From Luteolibacter sp. (GTDB taxonomy: Bacteria; Verrucomicrobiota; Verrucomicrobiia; Verrucomicrobiales; Akkermansiaceae), in the NCBI GenBank assembly GCA_039925065.1, contig JBDSZP010000080.1, positions 2,582 to 66,581 of the forward strand: a stretch of 64,000 nucleotides of DNA, written 5' to 3'. This document shows, one piece after another, positions 17,828 through 27,353 of this stretch (within the stretch, counting starts at the first letter, position 1; every line of letters starts with the position of its first letter). A program made the translations under genes and the position numbers. The notes beneath the pieces were generated by a model that was given only the letters and a program-made list of their open reading frames with translations, had not been told where the DNA came from and ran no database searches.

Positions 17828-19149
17828 TCGAGAGAAAGGTCAACCTCCGTCAAGGTGGCGAGGTTGTGGGTTTTGCGTTGAATGTTGCGGATTACCTTGT
17901 CCTCGACGGTCCCGGCTGCGCCGAGAACGTATTGGATACTGGGTGAGAGAGCTCCGGCACGCGGGAGACGGCCGAGGGCTTGGATGAAATCTTCCAGCTT
18001 GTCGGTCGGGGATATGATGCTGGTCCGAGGCTGGCCGTGCAAGTCGTGCAGGTCGAGTCCCGTTCCGCCCGTTTGAATCTGGCAGATCAGAATTGGCTGG
18101 GAGTTGTCCTGAAATTTTTCCCTGATGGTCTCGCGTTCCTCCGCGCCGACTCCGCCGCAGATGACGGGGGCTCCGAGCGCGGCGGAGAGGACGTTGCAGG
18201 TGCCGAGGAAATTCACGAAGATCACCATGCTCCGGCCGCTTCGGATCGCCTCGTGGGTCTTCTCGATCATGACCGGGATTTTCAAGAGCTCCATCCTTTG
18301 TCTTGCGCGGAGACGGAGGGTCATCGGGTTCTCCAAGTCGTTCTCTTCCTTGGCGCTCAATTCTCCCAGTTGCCGCTCAAGGTCGGCGCTCAGTTGGCGA
18401 GCACCGTCGATTTCGTAGGACTCGGCAATGACCAAACTCTTCGGAAATTTGTCGCCCAGTTCTTTGATGGTCACCCGGTCGCCGTAATCGGGAAAGATTT
18501 TCTCCTGCAGCTTCCGTAATGCTTCGTCGTTCTTGTAGAAGACGAGATCGTTGGCCCCGGCGTGGCGGCGTTGAGCGCCGTGGTTGATGGCGAACTGGTA
18601 GAAATCTTTGAGTTTCCCGGAGTGCAGGCCCATCAAATACCCTGACGCGCGCAGGTCAAGAGGGCTAGCGAAGGGAGTGGCCGACGCCATCAGAACGTGG
18701 TGTTTCTTCGCGGCGTAGAGAAGTTTGCTGTTCAGGCTGTCCACACTCTTGCAGTAGTGCATCTCGTCGAAGATTATCAGGTGCTCGGGTTCGAGCTTCC
18801 AGCTGAACTGTTCTTCCGTGTCGTACATAACTGTGCCGTTAGGCTGCACCGTCCCTTTGATTGGAACGTGAACCCACTCCCCGTAGGGTGTCTTCCCCGT
18901 CCTCAGCTGTTCGTAGTTGAGGATGAATTGCGGGGCGATGCCGGCCTCGCTGAGCCATCGCTTCCAGACTGGGATGATCGAGAGCGGACAGACCACGCCG
19001 ACAGGCAGACCCAGTTCTTGTGCGATCGTGACGGCCTTGGGGGTTTTTCCAGTCCCCGTCTCCGCAGCATCGAGAGCGGCGCGGCGTTTGCGAAGGCAAT
19101 CGAGCAAGTGGTCGGCGGACGTCCGCTGGTAATCGTAGAGCGTGATCAT
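17824..19149 (-). CDS. SNF2-like superfamily 2 helicase
   Basis: LYDYQ Q-motif, ETGTGKT, IFDEMH, SATP, GGTGLDL, QALGRLPR. Confidence 0.9.
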   Translation of the reverse strand: MITLYDYQRTSADHLLDCLRKRRAALDAAETGTGKTPKAVTIAQELGLPVGVVCPLSIIPVWKRWLSEAGIAPQFILNYEQLRTGKTPYGEWVHVPIKGTVQPNGTVMYDTEEQFSWKLEPEHLIIFDEMHYCKSVDSLNSKLLYAAKKHHVLMASATPFASPLDLRASGYLMGLHSGKLKDFYQFAINHGAQRRHAGANDLVFYKNDEALRKLQEKIFPDYGDRVTIKELGDKFPKSLVIAESYEIDGARQLSADLERQLGELSAKEENDLENPMTLRLRARQRMELLKIPVMIEKTHEAIRSGRSMVIFVNFLGTCNVLSAALGAPVICGGVGAEERETIREKFQDNSQPILICQIQTGGTGLDLHDLHGQPRTSIISPTDKLEDFIQALGRLPRAGALSPSIQYVLGAAGTVEDKVIRNIQRKTHNLATLTEVDLSLE

Positions 19150-19604
19150 GGTTGGTAACAGAAGAGGCGGTAATGAAGGATGAGGGCTGCGTCGGAAGTT
19201 TTCAGGGTGATATGAAGATCGGGCCAGTAGGCTTGCGCTCGTTCCTTGAGTTGATTCTTCCACGCGGTTTTACCCATGGACGAGGAAGTCCCCGTGAACC
19301 CGAGGACTTTTTGCCACACCCGCGGCCGGACCATTGTGACGTCAGGGGTGAGGGCGAGCGCGGCGCCCCTCAACACCCCCGCGTTGTGGCCGAACGTGAA
19401 CATGCGCGACCCCGGGTGACCGGCCCCGATGAATCCGCTAACCTGCTCGATCATGAAGCACGCGTTCGGCTCGTAGAGTTGCTTGAGCAGAACGACAATG
19501 TCCTCGTCGGTCTCCGGCATCGAGTAGAGTTTGGGAGTCTCCACAACGCTGCTGGCGGCGGCTATTCCTCCGGACACCCCGGGGTCTATGGCGATGACTT
19601 TCAT
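19146..19604 (-). CDS. RuvC-like Holliday junction resolvase
   Basis: MKVIAIDPGVSGGIA, IEQV, MFTFG..G, V.PRVWQK, SDAALI. Confidence 0.85.
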   Translation of the reverse strand: MKVIAIDPGVSGGIAAASSVVETPKLYSMPETDEDIVVLLKQLYEPNACFMIEQVSGFIGAGHPGSRMFTFGHNAGVLRGAALALTPDVTMVRPRVWQKVLGFTGTSSSMGKTAWKNQLKERAQAYWPDLHITLKTSDAALILHYRLFCYQP

Positions 19605-20764
19605 GGTGTGATGGCGAAATAATCCTCCGCCATTGTTTTGGTGATGGGCTGGCCGCCGATGGAAATTACTTTGTAGGTGCTCAGCAGAACACTGACACTG
19701 TGCCCAGTGGCAAGGGACACTTTTGCTGGGTCCCCGGTGAGAGCCAGATAGTAAGTGGCGAACGAATGTCGCAGGGCATTGGGACGCCATGCGAGATTGC
19801 ACCTTGTTGACACTTCCTTGACGGCGGAGTGGGGGCGACGAGGGGTTCCGAAGCTGTCGAAGACTCGGACTCGTGGGTCTGGGTCAGGGTCTTCCAACCA
19901 TTCTTGAGCGCAAGGTAGAAATGGCGCGAGACGGCTTGATCGAGTTTTTGTGATATTGCGTTCCAGTCGTATGGTTCCGGTGTCTCGGTGTAGGTTTCCC
20001 CAAGTGAGCCGGGCGCATTCTGCGGTCCGTACTCCGGCGAGTCCCCCGAGGACAAGCACCGGAAGAGCCGGGCAATTTCCCGAGGATCGAAGCAGGGATT
20101 CGAACTCTCCGACGCTCCAGATTTCGGGGGTTTTGGTTCGCACCCGGATTGGGTCTGACAGGCTTGCTTCGGTGTCGGTGTGGCGGGGTAGGTATCCTTT
20201 GCGGCGCGCGTATCCGAAGAGACTGAGCAGGGAGATGCGGTGGTTGAGCCTTGTCCTTTGAGCCCAGCGATTTTTTCGCAGATACGCGTCAATGTCTTGT
20301 GCGTGAACGCTGGCGATTGGCGCCGTGATTTCTTGCGCGAACCCGAGGAGGTGGTGCTTGACTGTTTCTTTTTGGCGGTCCGAGATGTTTTTGTCTTCAT
20401 TTTGTTTCTTGAGAAATTGGGTCACGACTTCCGCGACGGTTTTCCCTGATGGTTGTAGCTGGTGTTGGTCGAGAAAAAATTGGACGGCGCGGTCGAGTGG
20501 AATTCCGCCGAGGCGCTCCTCACAGAGACGGAAGTAGTGGAGGTCCCGGGTCGAGATGGTGGAGACGTCGAGATTGCCGAGGGTGATGTTGGCGGCGATC
20601 CGTTCGATCTCTTTCTCGGCCTCAGTCCATGAGGAGAAGGTCCGGCGGTTACGTTCTTTTCGAACATACCACGACAGGGTGTAGGTCGTGCGTTTGCGAT
20701 CCCGGCAAGGATATACCTTGATGAGTCCGTCATGGAAACTTTGTTTGGCTACCGGAGCAGTCAT
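19601..20764 (-). CDS. int: tyrosine recombinase/integrase
   Basis: AGVRTAE (R), TKT (K), NALRHSFATY, GHS and TYK catalytic residues; N-terminal arm-binding-like region. Confidence 0.9.
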   Translation of the reverse strand: MTAPVAKQSFHDGLIKVYPCRDRKRTTYTLSWYVRKERNRRTFSSWTEAEKEIERIAANITLGNLDVSTISTRDLHYFRLCEERLGGIPLDRAVQFFLDQHQLQPSGKTVAEVVTQFLKKQNEDKNISDRQKETVKHHLLGFAQEITAPIASVHAQDIDAYLRKNRWAQRTRLNHRISLLSLFGYARRKGYLPRHTDTEASLSDPIRVRTKTPEIWSVGEFESLLRSSGNCPALPVLVLGGLAGVRTAECARLTWGNLHRDTGTIRLERNITKTRSSRLAPFLPCAQEWLEDPDPDPRVRVFDSFGTPRRPHSAVKEVSTRCNLAWRPNALRHSFATYYLALTGDPAKVSLATGHSVSVLLSTYKVISIGGQPITKTMAEDYFAITP

Positions 20765-20830
20765 TTGCGTGCCGAGAGAAAAGCAGTGCGGACAAAATTT
20801 GTCAAGCACGGTTGCAAAATTTTTTTCACG
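20765..20830. promoter_or_regulatory. divergent promoter region with palindromic operator candidate
   Basis: Minus-strand TTGACA at 20805-20800 overlaps the GACAAA-A-TTTGTC palindrome (20791-20803); the genome's strand switch lies here. Confidence 0.5.
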
Positions 20831-21249
20831 TGCCACTGTCCCCCCTCTTGAAAACTGCTGAAGAGCTCGCAAGAGCGAAGGAGAAACAAAGGGAGTGGCA
20901 GCGAGTGTGGCGGTTGAACCACCCCGATTACCACAGGAATTGGCGGAGGAATAACCCCGACGTCCGAGATCCGCGCCGCAAACTCGACTCGTTTTTGAAA
21001 CGAAGATACAAAATCTCCCTCGACGATTACAACATTTTGCTCTCGCAACAGGAAGGACGTTGCGCGATTTGCCGGCGCCCGCCGTCTGACGGGGCTCGGT
21101 TGTGCGTCGATCACTGCCACGCGTCCGAGACAAAGAAAGTCCGGGCGCTGCTTTGTCGCTTGTGTAACGTGGGACTCGGGGCCTTCAAGGACAACCCCGA
21201 GTTCACCAACCGGGCCACTACCTACCTGCTTCAACATGTCGGTTCGTAA
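20812..21249 (+). CDS. endonuclease VII-family HNH nuclease
   Basis: RYKISLDDY..LLSQQEGRCAIC...LCVDHCH...VRALLCRLCNVGLGAFKDN; start uncertain. Confidence 0.9.
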   Translation: MQNFFHVPLSPLLKTAEELARAKEKQREWQRVWRLNHPDYHRNWRRNNPDVRDPRRKLDSFLKRRYKISLDDYNILLSQQEGRCAICRRPPSDGARLCVDHCHASETKKVRALLCRLCNVGLGAFKDNPEFTNRATTYLLQHVGS

Positions 21250-22978
21250 ATACGGCAAGGTTTTCATGGATGGCACTCTGCCCATCCACATCGAGCTGAT
21301 GGCTTTTCGTTACGGGTTCACGCCGGAGAAGGGTGGCCTCGGGAAATACCAGCACCTGCTCAACATCATCCAGGCGTTCTGGCCCTACCACCCCAAGACC
21401 CACAAGCAGGGGTTCCAGATGCACCCGTGGGCGGAGTTGATGCTGGAGGAAGCATGCCGCAATCAATACCTTGGGATCTCGGGGCCCAAGTCGTCGGCCA
21501 AGACCGAGACTTTCGCGGTGTGGGGGCTGGTCAACTGGCTCTGTGCGCCAACTGAGACGCTGGTCTTGATGACGTCGACCACGATGAAGGAAGCGAGGAA
21601 GCGAATCTGGGGCGCAATGCGCGAGCGTTACATCCAATGTCCGTTCCAACCCGGCAAGCTGGTCGACAGCATGGGCATTATCCGGCTGGACGGGGAGGAA
21701 GCATCCGATCGCGCCAGCATTTCGCTCATCCCGTCCTCTCCCGAGCGGGAAAAAGAGGCCACGGCCAAGCTCATCGGTCTGAAACAGAAGCGCGTGTTCC
21801 TGATCGGCGATGAAATGACCGACATCAGCAGCTCTGTTGTCGAGGCGTGCCACAATTTGGACTCGAATCCGGAGTTTCAGATGGTCGCCCTCGGGAATTT
21901 CAAGAGTCTCTACGACCCCTTCGGTGTTTTCATCACCCCGAAGCATGGGTGGGCGTCGGTTTCTGTGGACGACGAGCGGTGGCAGACCACCAGAGGCCTC
22001 TGCCTCCACCTCGACGGCTTCAAAACCCCCAACATCTACTCCGACCCGACGGACAAGTGGCCGTTTCTTTTTCGAAAGAAGGCGCTCGACGAATCTTTGG
22101 CGCGCGGCGAGGAGAACACGATCTCTTTCTGGCGGTTCATCCGTTCTTTTCCCTCTCCGACCGGCGCGGCCGACGCGATCTACGCAGAAAGTGAGTTTCG
22201 CAAGTTCGAAGTTGACCTTCCGGTGGTGTGGCAGACCCAGCCCGTCCCGGTTTGTGGGCTTGACCCCGGATTCACCAACCTTGGGGACAGAACGGTGGCG
22301 TATTTCGGGTTCTACGGGCAGGAAGCCGGGGGGAAGTGGGTAATCCAGTGGCATCACTTCGAAATTCTGAACGAAGACGTGACCCTTGAGCAAGAATCGC
22401 GCAGTTTCCAGATCGCCCGCCAGCTCGCCGCGAAATGCAGCGCGCTTGGCATCATCGCGAACCATGTGGGAGTCGACGCCACTGGTGCGGGCGACCCTTT
22501 GTGCGATGTCATCGACTCTGCCTTCAACGGCCGGGTGCATCGGGTCAAGTTTGGCGAAAAGCCCACGGCATCCCGGGTCAGCCGCGACAATCCGTTGAAG
22601 TGCACGGAGCTCTACTCGAATCGTGTGACCGAGCTCTGGTATGTGGGGGTGGAATTCCTCCGCAGCGGGCAACTCCGCGGCATCTGTCCCGAACTGGGGA
22701 GGGAATTGACTTCCCGCCTCTACGGTTTCGGGAATGGCAAGAAGATTTTGGTCGAGTCGAAGAAAGAAATGAAACTCCGCATGGGTCGCTCCCCCGATAT
22801 CGCGGATGCCGCCTTCATCATGCTCGATGTGTGCCGGCAGGTGCTCGGCGCCATGGCCGGCGGGGTTGGTTCGCGGACTGACCGCGGAGTCGCATGGCGC
22901 GAAACTCTTAAACGATTAGACGTGTATGCTCCGCAGGAACTAATGAGTCAGGGCGGGCCGGGACGTCCTGATCAGTAA
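21236..22978 (+). CDS. terL: terminase large subunit
   Basis: ISGPKSSAKT (Walker A-like), LIGDE (Walker B), GLDPGF..GDR and SPDIADA nuclease motifs. Confidence 0.9.
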   Translation: MSVRKYGKVFMDGTLPIHIELMAFRYGFTPEKGGLGKYQHLLNIIQAFWPYHPKTHKQGFQMHPWAELMLEEACRNQYLGISGPKSSAKTETFAVWGLVNWLCAPTETLVLMTSTTMKEARKRIWGAMRERYIQCPFQPGKLVDSMGIIRLDGEEASDRASISLIPSSPEREKEATAKLIGLKQKRVFLIGDEMTDISSSVVEACHNLDSNPEFQMVALGNFKSLYDPFGVFITPKHGWASVSVDDERWQTTRGLCLHLDGFKTPNIYSDPTDKWPFLFRKKALDESLARGEENTISFWRFIRSFPSPTGAADAIYAESEFRKFEVDLPVVWQTQPVPVCGLDPGFTNLGDRTVAYFGFYGQEAGGKWVIQWHHFEILNEDVTLEQESRSFQIARQLAAKCSALGIIANHVGVDATGAGDPLCDVIDSAFNGRVHRVKFGEKPTASRVSRDNPLKCTELYSNRVTELWYVGVEFLRSGQLRGICPELGRELTSRLYGFGNGKKILVESKKEMKLRMGRSPDIADAAFIMLDVCRQVLGAMAGGVGSRTDRGVAWRETLKRLDVYAPQELMSQGGPGRPDQ

Positions 22979-23333
22979 TCACCACCGGGGTCTTGATCCC
23001 CACCACGGCCTTCGGGTCGCGGCGTTTGATATTCAACTGCGCCGACCACTTCGCCACCACTTCATCCCCGTGCATAAACTCCACCCCAAAATCCCCCTGC
23101 GTATAGCGAAGGCTGATCTTCTCCTTCGCGATATACTCAGCTACTTCTTCGAGGTTGCGCTTCTTTTTGGCGTCGCAATAAAGGCGATTGGGCAGAAGCT
23201 TCTTCATCTGCTTCGAGATCCAGCGTTCCCGGTCGAAGTTGATCCGATCCTGGATTAAGGCCGCGCTTTTGGCGAGATCTTTATCGACTGGTGGTAGTTC
23301 GTCAGCTGGTCTTCCGTTGGGTCCAAGGATCAT
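22908..23333 (-). CDS. hypothetical protein antisense to the late operon
   Basis: MILGPNGRP...; fills the terL-portal gap with protein-like composition. Confidence 0.65.
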   Translation of the reverse strand: MILGPNGRPADELPPVDKDLAKSAALIQDRINFDRERWISKQMKKLLPNRLYCDAKKKRNLEEVAEYIAKEKISLRYTQGDFGVEFMHGDEVVAKWSAQLNIKRRDPKAVVGIKTPVVITDQDVPARPDSLVPAEHTRLIV

Positions 23334-23377
23334 AAGCGTTGACAATCTTAGCAGTTGCTGTAAGGAACACAACTCCT

Positions 23378-25717
23378 GTGGCTGACGAGCTCTTAACTCT
23401 CAACGAAGAAACCGGTAAGGTCCCCGACTCCCGGTTGCCCAAGGCCTCCGAAGCCTACTCCATTTTCCGCAATTTTCAAAACGCGGACTATGACGCCAGC
23501 GTTGATCGAGCATGCGTTCAGGACATGCTGGACGGGGCCCCACCGATCCCGCCGATGGCCTTGGCGGCGCTGCATCAAAGCTACCGAGCGAATCTGAACT
23601 GGGGCGAAGCCCTCGCCGATCATGAAAGCGCGCTCGCCGCTTATGATGATCTCATCAGCGGGGTCGACAGATTGGCCGATGTGTCCGTGAACTACGGTGA
23701 CGACAGCCAGAGAGCCGAGTGGAATGACATCATCGCGGAAGAATTCCACCAGCTTCTCATCAACTGGGATCAATTTCATTTTCTCCATCAGCTTAACTCG
23801 TCCTACTTCGTCAAGTCCGGGTTGAGCGTTCTTTATTTTGAGGACGACCGGAACTGGCAATTCGGGGTTCAGTCAATCGACGAGTTCAAGATTCCGAGAG
23901 ACGCCATGGCCTGCAGTTCCACGCTCGACATTGCGATGAGCCTTCGGGAATACACCGCCCCGCAGCTGTATCGGTTCATCGCGAACGAAGAGCTTGCAGT
24001 CAAACAGGGGTGGAACATACCGCTGGTCAAAAAATCGCTGATGGGGGTGACGAACCAAAAAGACTGGGATTGGTTCACGCTGCAAAAGGCACTGAAGAAC
24101 AACGATCACTTCATGGCCGCATCGACCCCCAAGATCCGGGTGGTCCACTACTACCCGAAAGAATTTGATGGCCGGTATTCCCACCACATCGGGCTGCGGG
24201 ATGGCGAAACGGAGGAATATCTTTTCTCGTGGGTTGGCAGGTTCGCCGACGCCAATCAAGCATTCATCGTGTTCCCCTATGGCGTGGGAACGAATGGGTG
24301 CTTCCACAGTATTCGCGGCCAGTCCCACAAAAATTTCGCCCACATCCAAAGCACAAACCGGCTGCGCAACGCGGCCCTCGACGGTGCCTTGCTCCGCGCC
24401 ACCATGATGTTGAAGCCGACGCAGGAGTCGGACCGTCAGGCCCTGAGCATGGCCTACGCCGGACCCATCTCCATGCTGCCGGCCGGGACTGAAGCGGTCA
24501 ACGCCCAACTCCCCAACATCCAGAACGAAGTCATGCCGGTGATCCGGGAGATGGCGTTGCTTCGCAAGGAGAACAACGGTGGATATCTCTCGCACGTGCT
24601 CAGCCCCGGCGGCGGAGATCGCACGGCTTACGAAATTCAGGCCCAGATCGCGCAGACCAATGTTCTTTCCTCTGCTTCCCTCAATTTATTCTATCACCCT
24701 TGGACACGCACACTGCAGGAAATCTTCCGGCGTTTGAAGCGTGACAACTGGGTGGCGAACGAGCCCGGCGCGCAAGCCGCGCTCAAGTTCCGTGCGCGCT
24801 GCGCCAGTCAGGGTGTGCCGTGGGAAGCCGTCATGTCGGTGGATCGGGTGCGTCCCGTTCGTGCGGTAGGCTACGGCTCTCCGGCGGCACGAATCGCAGC
24901 CTTCGAGCGCATGATGAAAATTTACCCCCTCCTCGATCCGAAGGGTCAGGCCAATCTGGTGCGCGACATCGTGATCCAGAACGTGGGCCCAGGAATGGCG
25001 GACCGCTACGCTTCGCGTGTCTCTCCTCGTCTCGGCATCGCCGCCAAGATTGCAGAGTTGGAGAACGACTCAATGCAATCCGGCCGCTCGGTCTCGGTGC
25101 TGGTCGACGAGGATCACTTTGTCCATGCGCTCGTCCACGCCCGCGACTCTCAGACTTTCATTGATGCCCTCGCGAACAACCACGTGAATCCGATGGAGGC
25201 GTTCAAGTATCTCTCGCTGCAACTGGTTCATTTGGGCGGGCACGCTCAGCACCTAAGCGACGAAGACCCGCGCGCCGCTACGATTTCTGCGGTCAAGAAA
25301 ACGCTCAACACGATCAAGCAATTGGTCACGAACATGGCGAAGCAGATTCAGCAGGGGTCGTTGACCGATCCGTCTCAGGATAGCAACGGTGGCGGCGCTC
25401 CTCCCCCTGAAGGCCAAGGTCAGCAACAGCAGCAAGGGCCGGATCCGAAGATGATGATGGCAGCGCAGAAGCACATGATGGAGATGAAACAAATTCAGGA
25501 GCGACACGGCCTTGAACTTGACATCCTGCAGAAAGAAGCTACTCAACGGATGGCGTTGAAAGACGCGGAGTCAGCCAAGAGTATTTCTTCTGGACGGCCC
25601 ATTACAAATTTGGCGAACGAGACGAGCGGAACGAAGCCGCCCCGAAATGAGCAAGAGTTCAAACAGAGTAACGCAGCGGCCGCGACAGGAGCCCCAGCTT
25701 CCTTGCCCGGCCAGTAA
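23378..25717 (+). CDS. portal protein
   Basis: Size (~780 aa), position after terL, RTAYEI motif, Gln-rich helical C-terminus typical of podovirus portals. Confidence 0.8.
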   Translation: MADELLTLNEETGKVPDSRLPKASEAYSIFRNFQNADYDASVDRACVQDMLDGAPPIPPMALAALHQSYRANLNWGEALADHESALAAYDDLISGVDRLADVSVNYGDDSQRAEWNDIIAEEFHQLLINWDQFHFLHQLNSSYFVKSGLSVLYFEDDRNWQFGVQSIDEFKIPRDAMACSSTLDIAMSLREYTAPQLYRFIANEELAVKQGWNIPLVKKSLMGVTNQKDWDWFTLQKALKNNDHFMAASTPKIRVVHYYPKEFDGRYSHHIGLRDGETEEYLFSWVGRFADANQAFIVFPYGVGTNGCFHSIRGQSHKNFAHIQSTNRLRNAALDGALLRATMMLKPTQESDRQALSMAYAGPISMLPAGTEAVNAQLPNIQNEVMPVIREMALLRKENNGGYLSHVLSPGGGDRTAYEIQAQIAQTNVLSSASLNLFYHPWTRTLQEIFRRLKRDNWVANEPGAQAALKFRARCASQGVPWEAVMSVDRVRPVRAVGYGSPAARIAAFERMMKIYPLLDPKGQANLVRDIVIQNVGPGMADRYASRVSPRLGIAAKIAELENDSMQSGRSVSVLVDEDHFVHALVHARDSQTFIDALANNHVNPMEAFKYLSLQLVHLGGHAQHLSDEDPRAATISAVKKTLNTIKQLVTNMAKQIQQGSLTDPSQDSNGGGAPPPEGQGQQQQQGPDPKMMMAAQKHMMEMKQIQERHGLELDILQKEATQRMALKDAESAKSISSGRPITNLANETSGTKPPRNEQEFKQSNAAAATGAPASLPGQ

Positions 25718-25726
25718 ACAAATTTC

Positions 25727-26035
25727 ATGACAATTACGTTGGCGGAATGGTGTAACGATCCCGAGACCGTATCCAAATGGGTGCGCACGTGGCAGGAGCC
25801 TCACATGCAAATGGGGCTGGCTTTGCTGCGTGAAGTGAATCTTCCCATCCAGCTCACCTCACCCGAAGGCATCCCGTTCAAGGATTGGATGGCGAGTGAG
25901 GAGAGTCGGCGTGAAGGCTACTACGAATTTTACCGACTGATCCAGTCCCTCGGCAAAGTGAAAGAATTGCCCAAAGGAACAGAACCCGAAGCTTGGTCCA
26001 TCCCGACGCGACCGCCTCCACCGAAGATAGAATAA
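25727..26035 (+). CDS. small head-module protein
   Basis: Lies between portal and scaffold; helical. Confidence 0.65.
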   Translation: MTITLAEWCNDPETVSKWVRTWQEPHMQMGLALLREVNLPIQLTSPEGIPFKDWMASEESRREGYYEFYRLIQSLGKVKELPKGTEPEAWSIPTRPPPPKIE

Positions 26036-26036
26036 T

Positions 26037-27347
26037 ATGGCTGATAATGCACCACCTCCTGTTGTATCCGCGCCGACCACGGCCACCATTGGCGCCCCGC
26101 CTGCCGCTCCAGCCGAGACTCCGGCTAGCCTCTCTGACGCGTTTGACGCGGCCTTCGGCAACATGCCGTTGAGCGCAGAGGCTGCCACCCCAGCTTCAAA
26201 ACTTCCTGCTGAAGCGGCTGTTCCTGCGGCCCCCGTCGCCCCCGCCGCACCCCAAGCCCCGGCAACTCCGGCGGTCCCAGCAACCCCAGCAACCCCGGCG
26301 ACACCCGCCGCGCCGGCCGACCCCAACGATCCGTTTTCCTCACTGAGTGCAGCGGCAGCTCCTTTCTCTCCGGCGGAAACCCCGGCTACACCCGCAGCTT
26401 CCGACCCTCTCCCCACCCTCCCGGAGGATGCTCCCGAGAAAACCAAAACGGCTTTCGCCACGGTCACTCGGAAGCTGAGCGATTCGGAAAAAACCATTCT
26501 CGATCTAAAGGCGGAGATCGCCGCGAAGGGCACGCCCGATGCGAAGATCCCCGAGTTGGAGAAGATGCTGGAGACCGAGCGCACCAAGTCTGCCGACATG
26601 GAGAAGTGGCTGGAGCGGGTCAATCTCGAAGCGTCCCCAAAATTTCAAGCGGAGATCATGGCCCCGATCAATCAGGTGGCCCAGTCTTTGGAGGCTCTTG
26701 CCCTGACGAACGACACCAACTCGGGTGTCTTCTTGAAGGCGGCGCAAACGGCGGACCCCGTCGAGCGGCGCAAGATGATCAAGGAGGCGACTTCGGAGTG
26801 GGACCCAGTCGATGCTCTGGAGGCCCGCACCCAAGTCGAACAACTTGTTCAGCTGGCTGCGCGCAGAGAGACCGTTCTCTCCAACGCCAAGCAGAACGCG
26901 GAGACCTACAAGGCCGATCAGGAGAAGGCAGTGCAGTCCCGGAAGGACAAGTTCGCTGCCGAAGCCGATGCCGCCTACGAAGATACGTGGCCGAAATTCC
27001 TCAAGGCCTTGCCCATGCTCCAGCCGCAGGACGACAACCCCGAGTTCAACGCCATGGTGTCCAGCATCAAGGCGAAGGCGAAGGCAATTGACGCCGCGCC
27101 GCTCTCGCACGCGCAGCGCGCCGCGCTTACCTACCAAGCTGTCTCCCTCCCGATTGTTTTGAATGCTCTCCGTCAGATTGGCGAGCCCATCTTCGCCGAG
27201 AACAAGGCGCTCAAGGCGCAGATTGCCGGTCTCTTGGCGTCTACCCCCGGTGCCGGGAGTGGGTCCACTTCATCGGGCGCGCAGGACTTGCCGTCCGAGA
27301 TGGGGCTGGTCGAAGCGATGGAGAAGCGCATGGTCGGCGGGGTTTAA
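26037..27347 (+). CDS. capsid scaffolding protein
   Basis: Pro/Ala-rich disordered N-terminus followed by coiled coil; position between portal and MCP. Confidence 0.75.
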   Translation: MADNAPPPVVSAPTTATIGAPPAAPAETPASLSDAFDAAFGNMPLSAEAATPASKLPAEAAVPAAPVAPAAPQAPATPAVPATPATPATPAAPADPNDPFSSLSAAAAPFSPAETPATPAASDPLPTLPEDAPEKTKTAFATVTRKLSDSEKTILDLKAEIAAKGTPDAKIPELEKMLETERTKSADMEKWLERVNLEASPKFQAEIMAPINQVAQSLEALALTNDTNSGVFLKAAQTADPVERRKMIKEATSEWDPVDALEARTQVEQLVQLAARRETVLSNAKQNAETYKADQEKAVQSRKDKFAAEADAAYEDTWPKFLKALPMLQPQDDNPEFNAMVSSIKAKAKAIDAAPLSHAQRAALTYQAVSLPIVLNALRQIGEPIFAENKALKAQIAGLLASTPGAGSGSTSSGAQDLPSEMGLVEAMEKRMVGGV

Positions 27348-27353
27348 TCCGCC

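Noticed and set aside
21218-22672. Long antisense ORFs (e.g. 21218..22672, 28534..29679, 46457..47956, 50559..51740, 13110..14075)
   Set aside because: Shadows of well-supported genes on the opposite strand in GC-rich DNA; no recognisable motifs.
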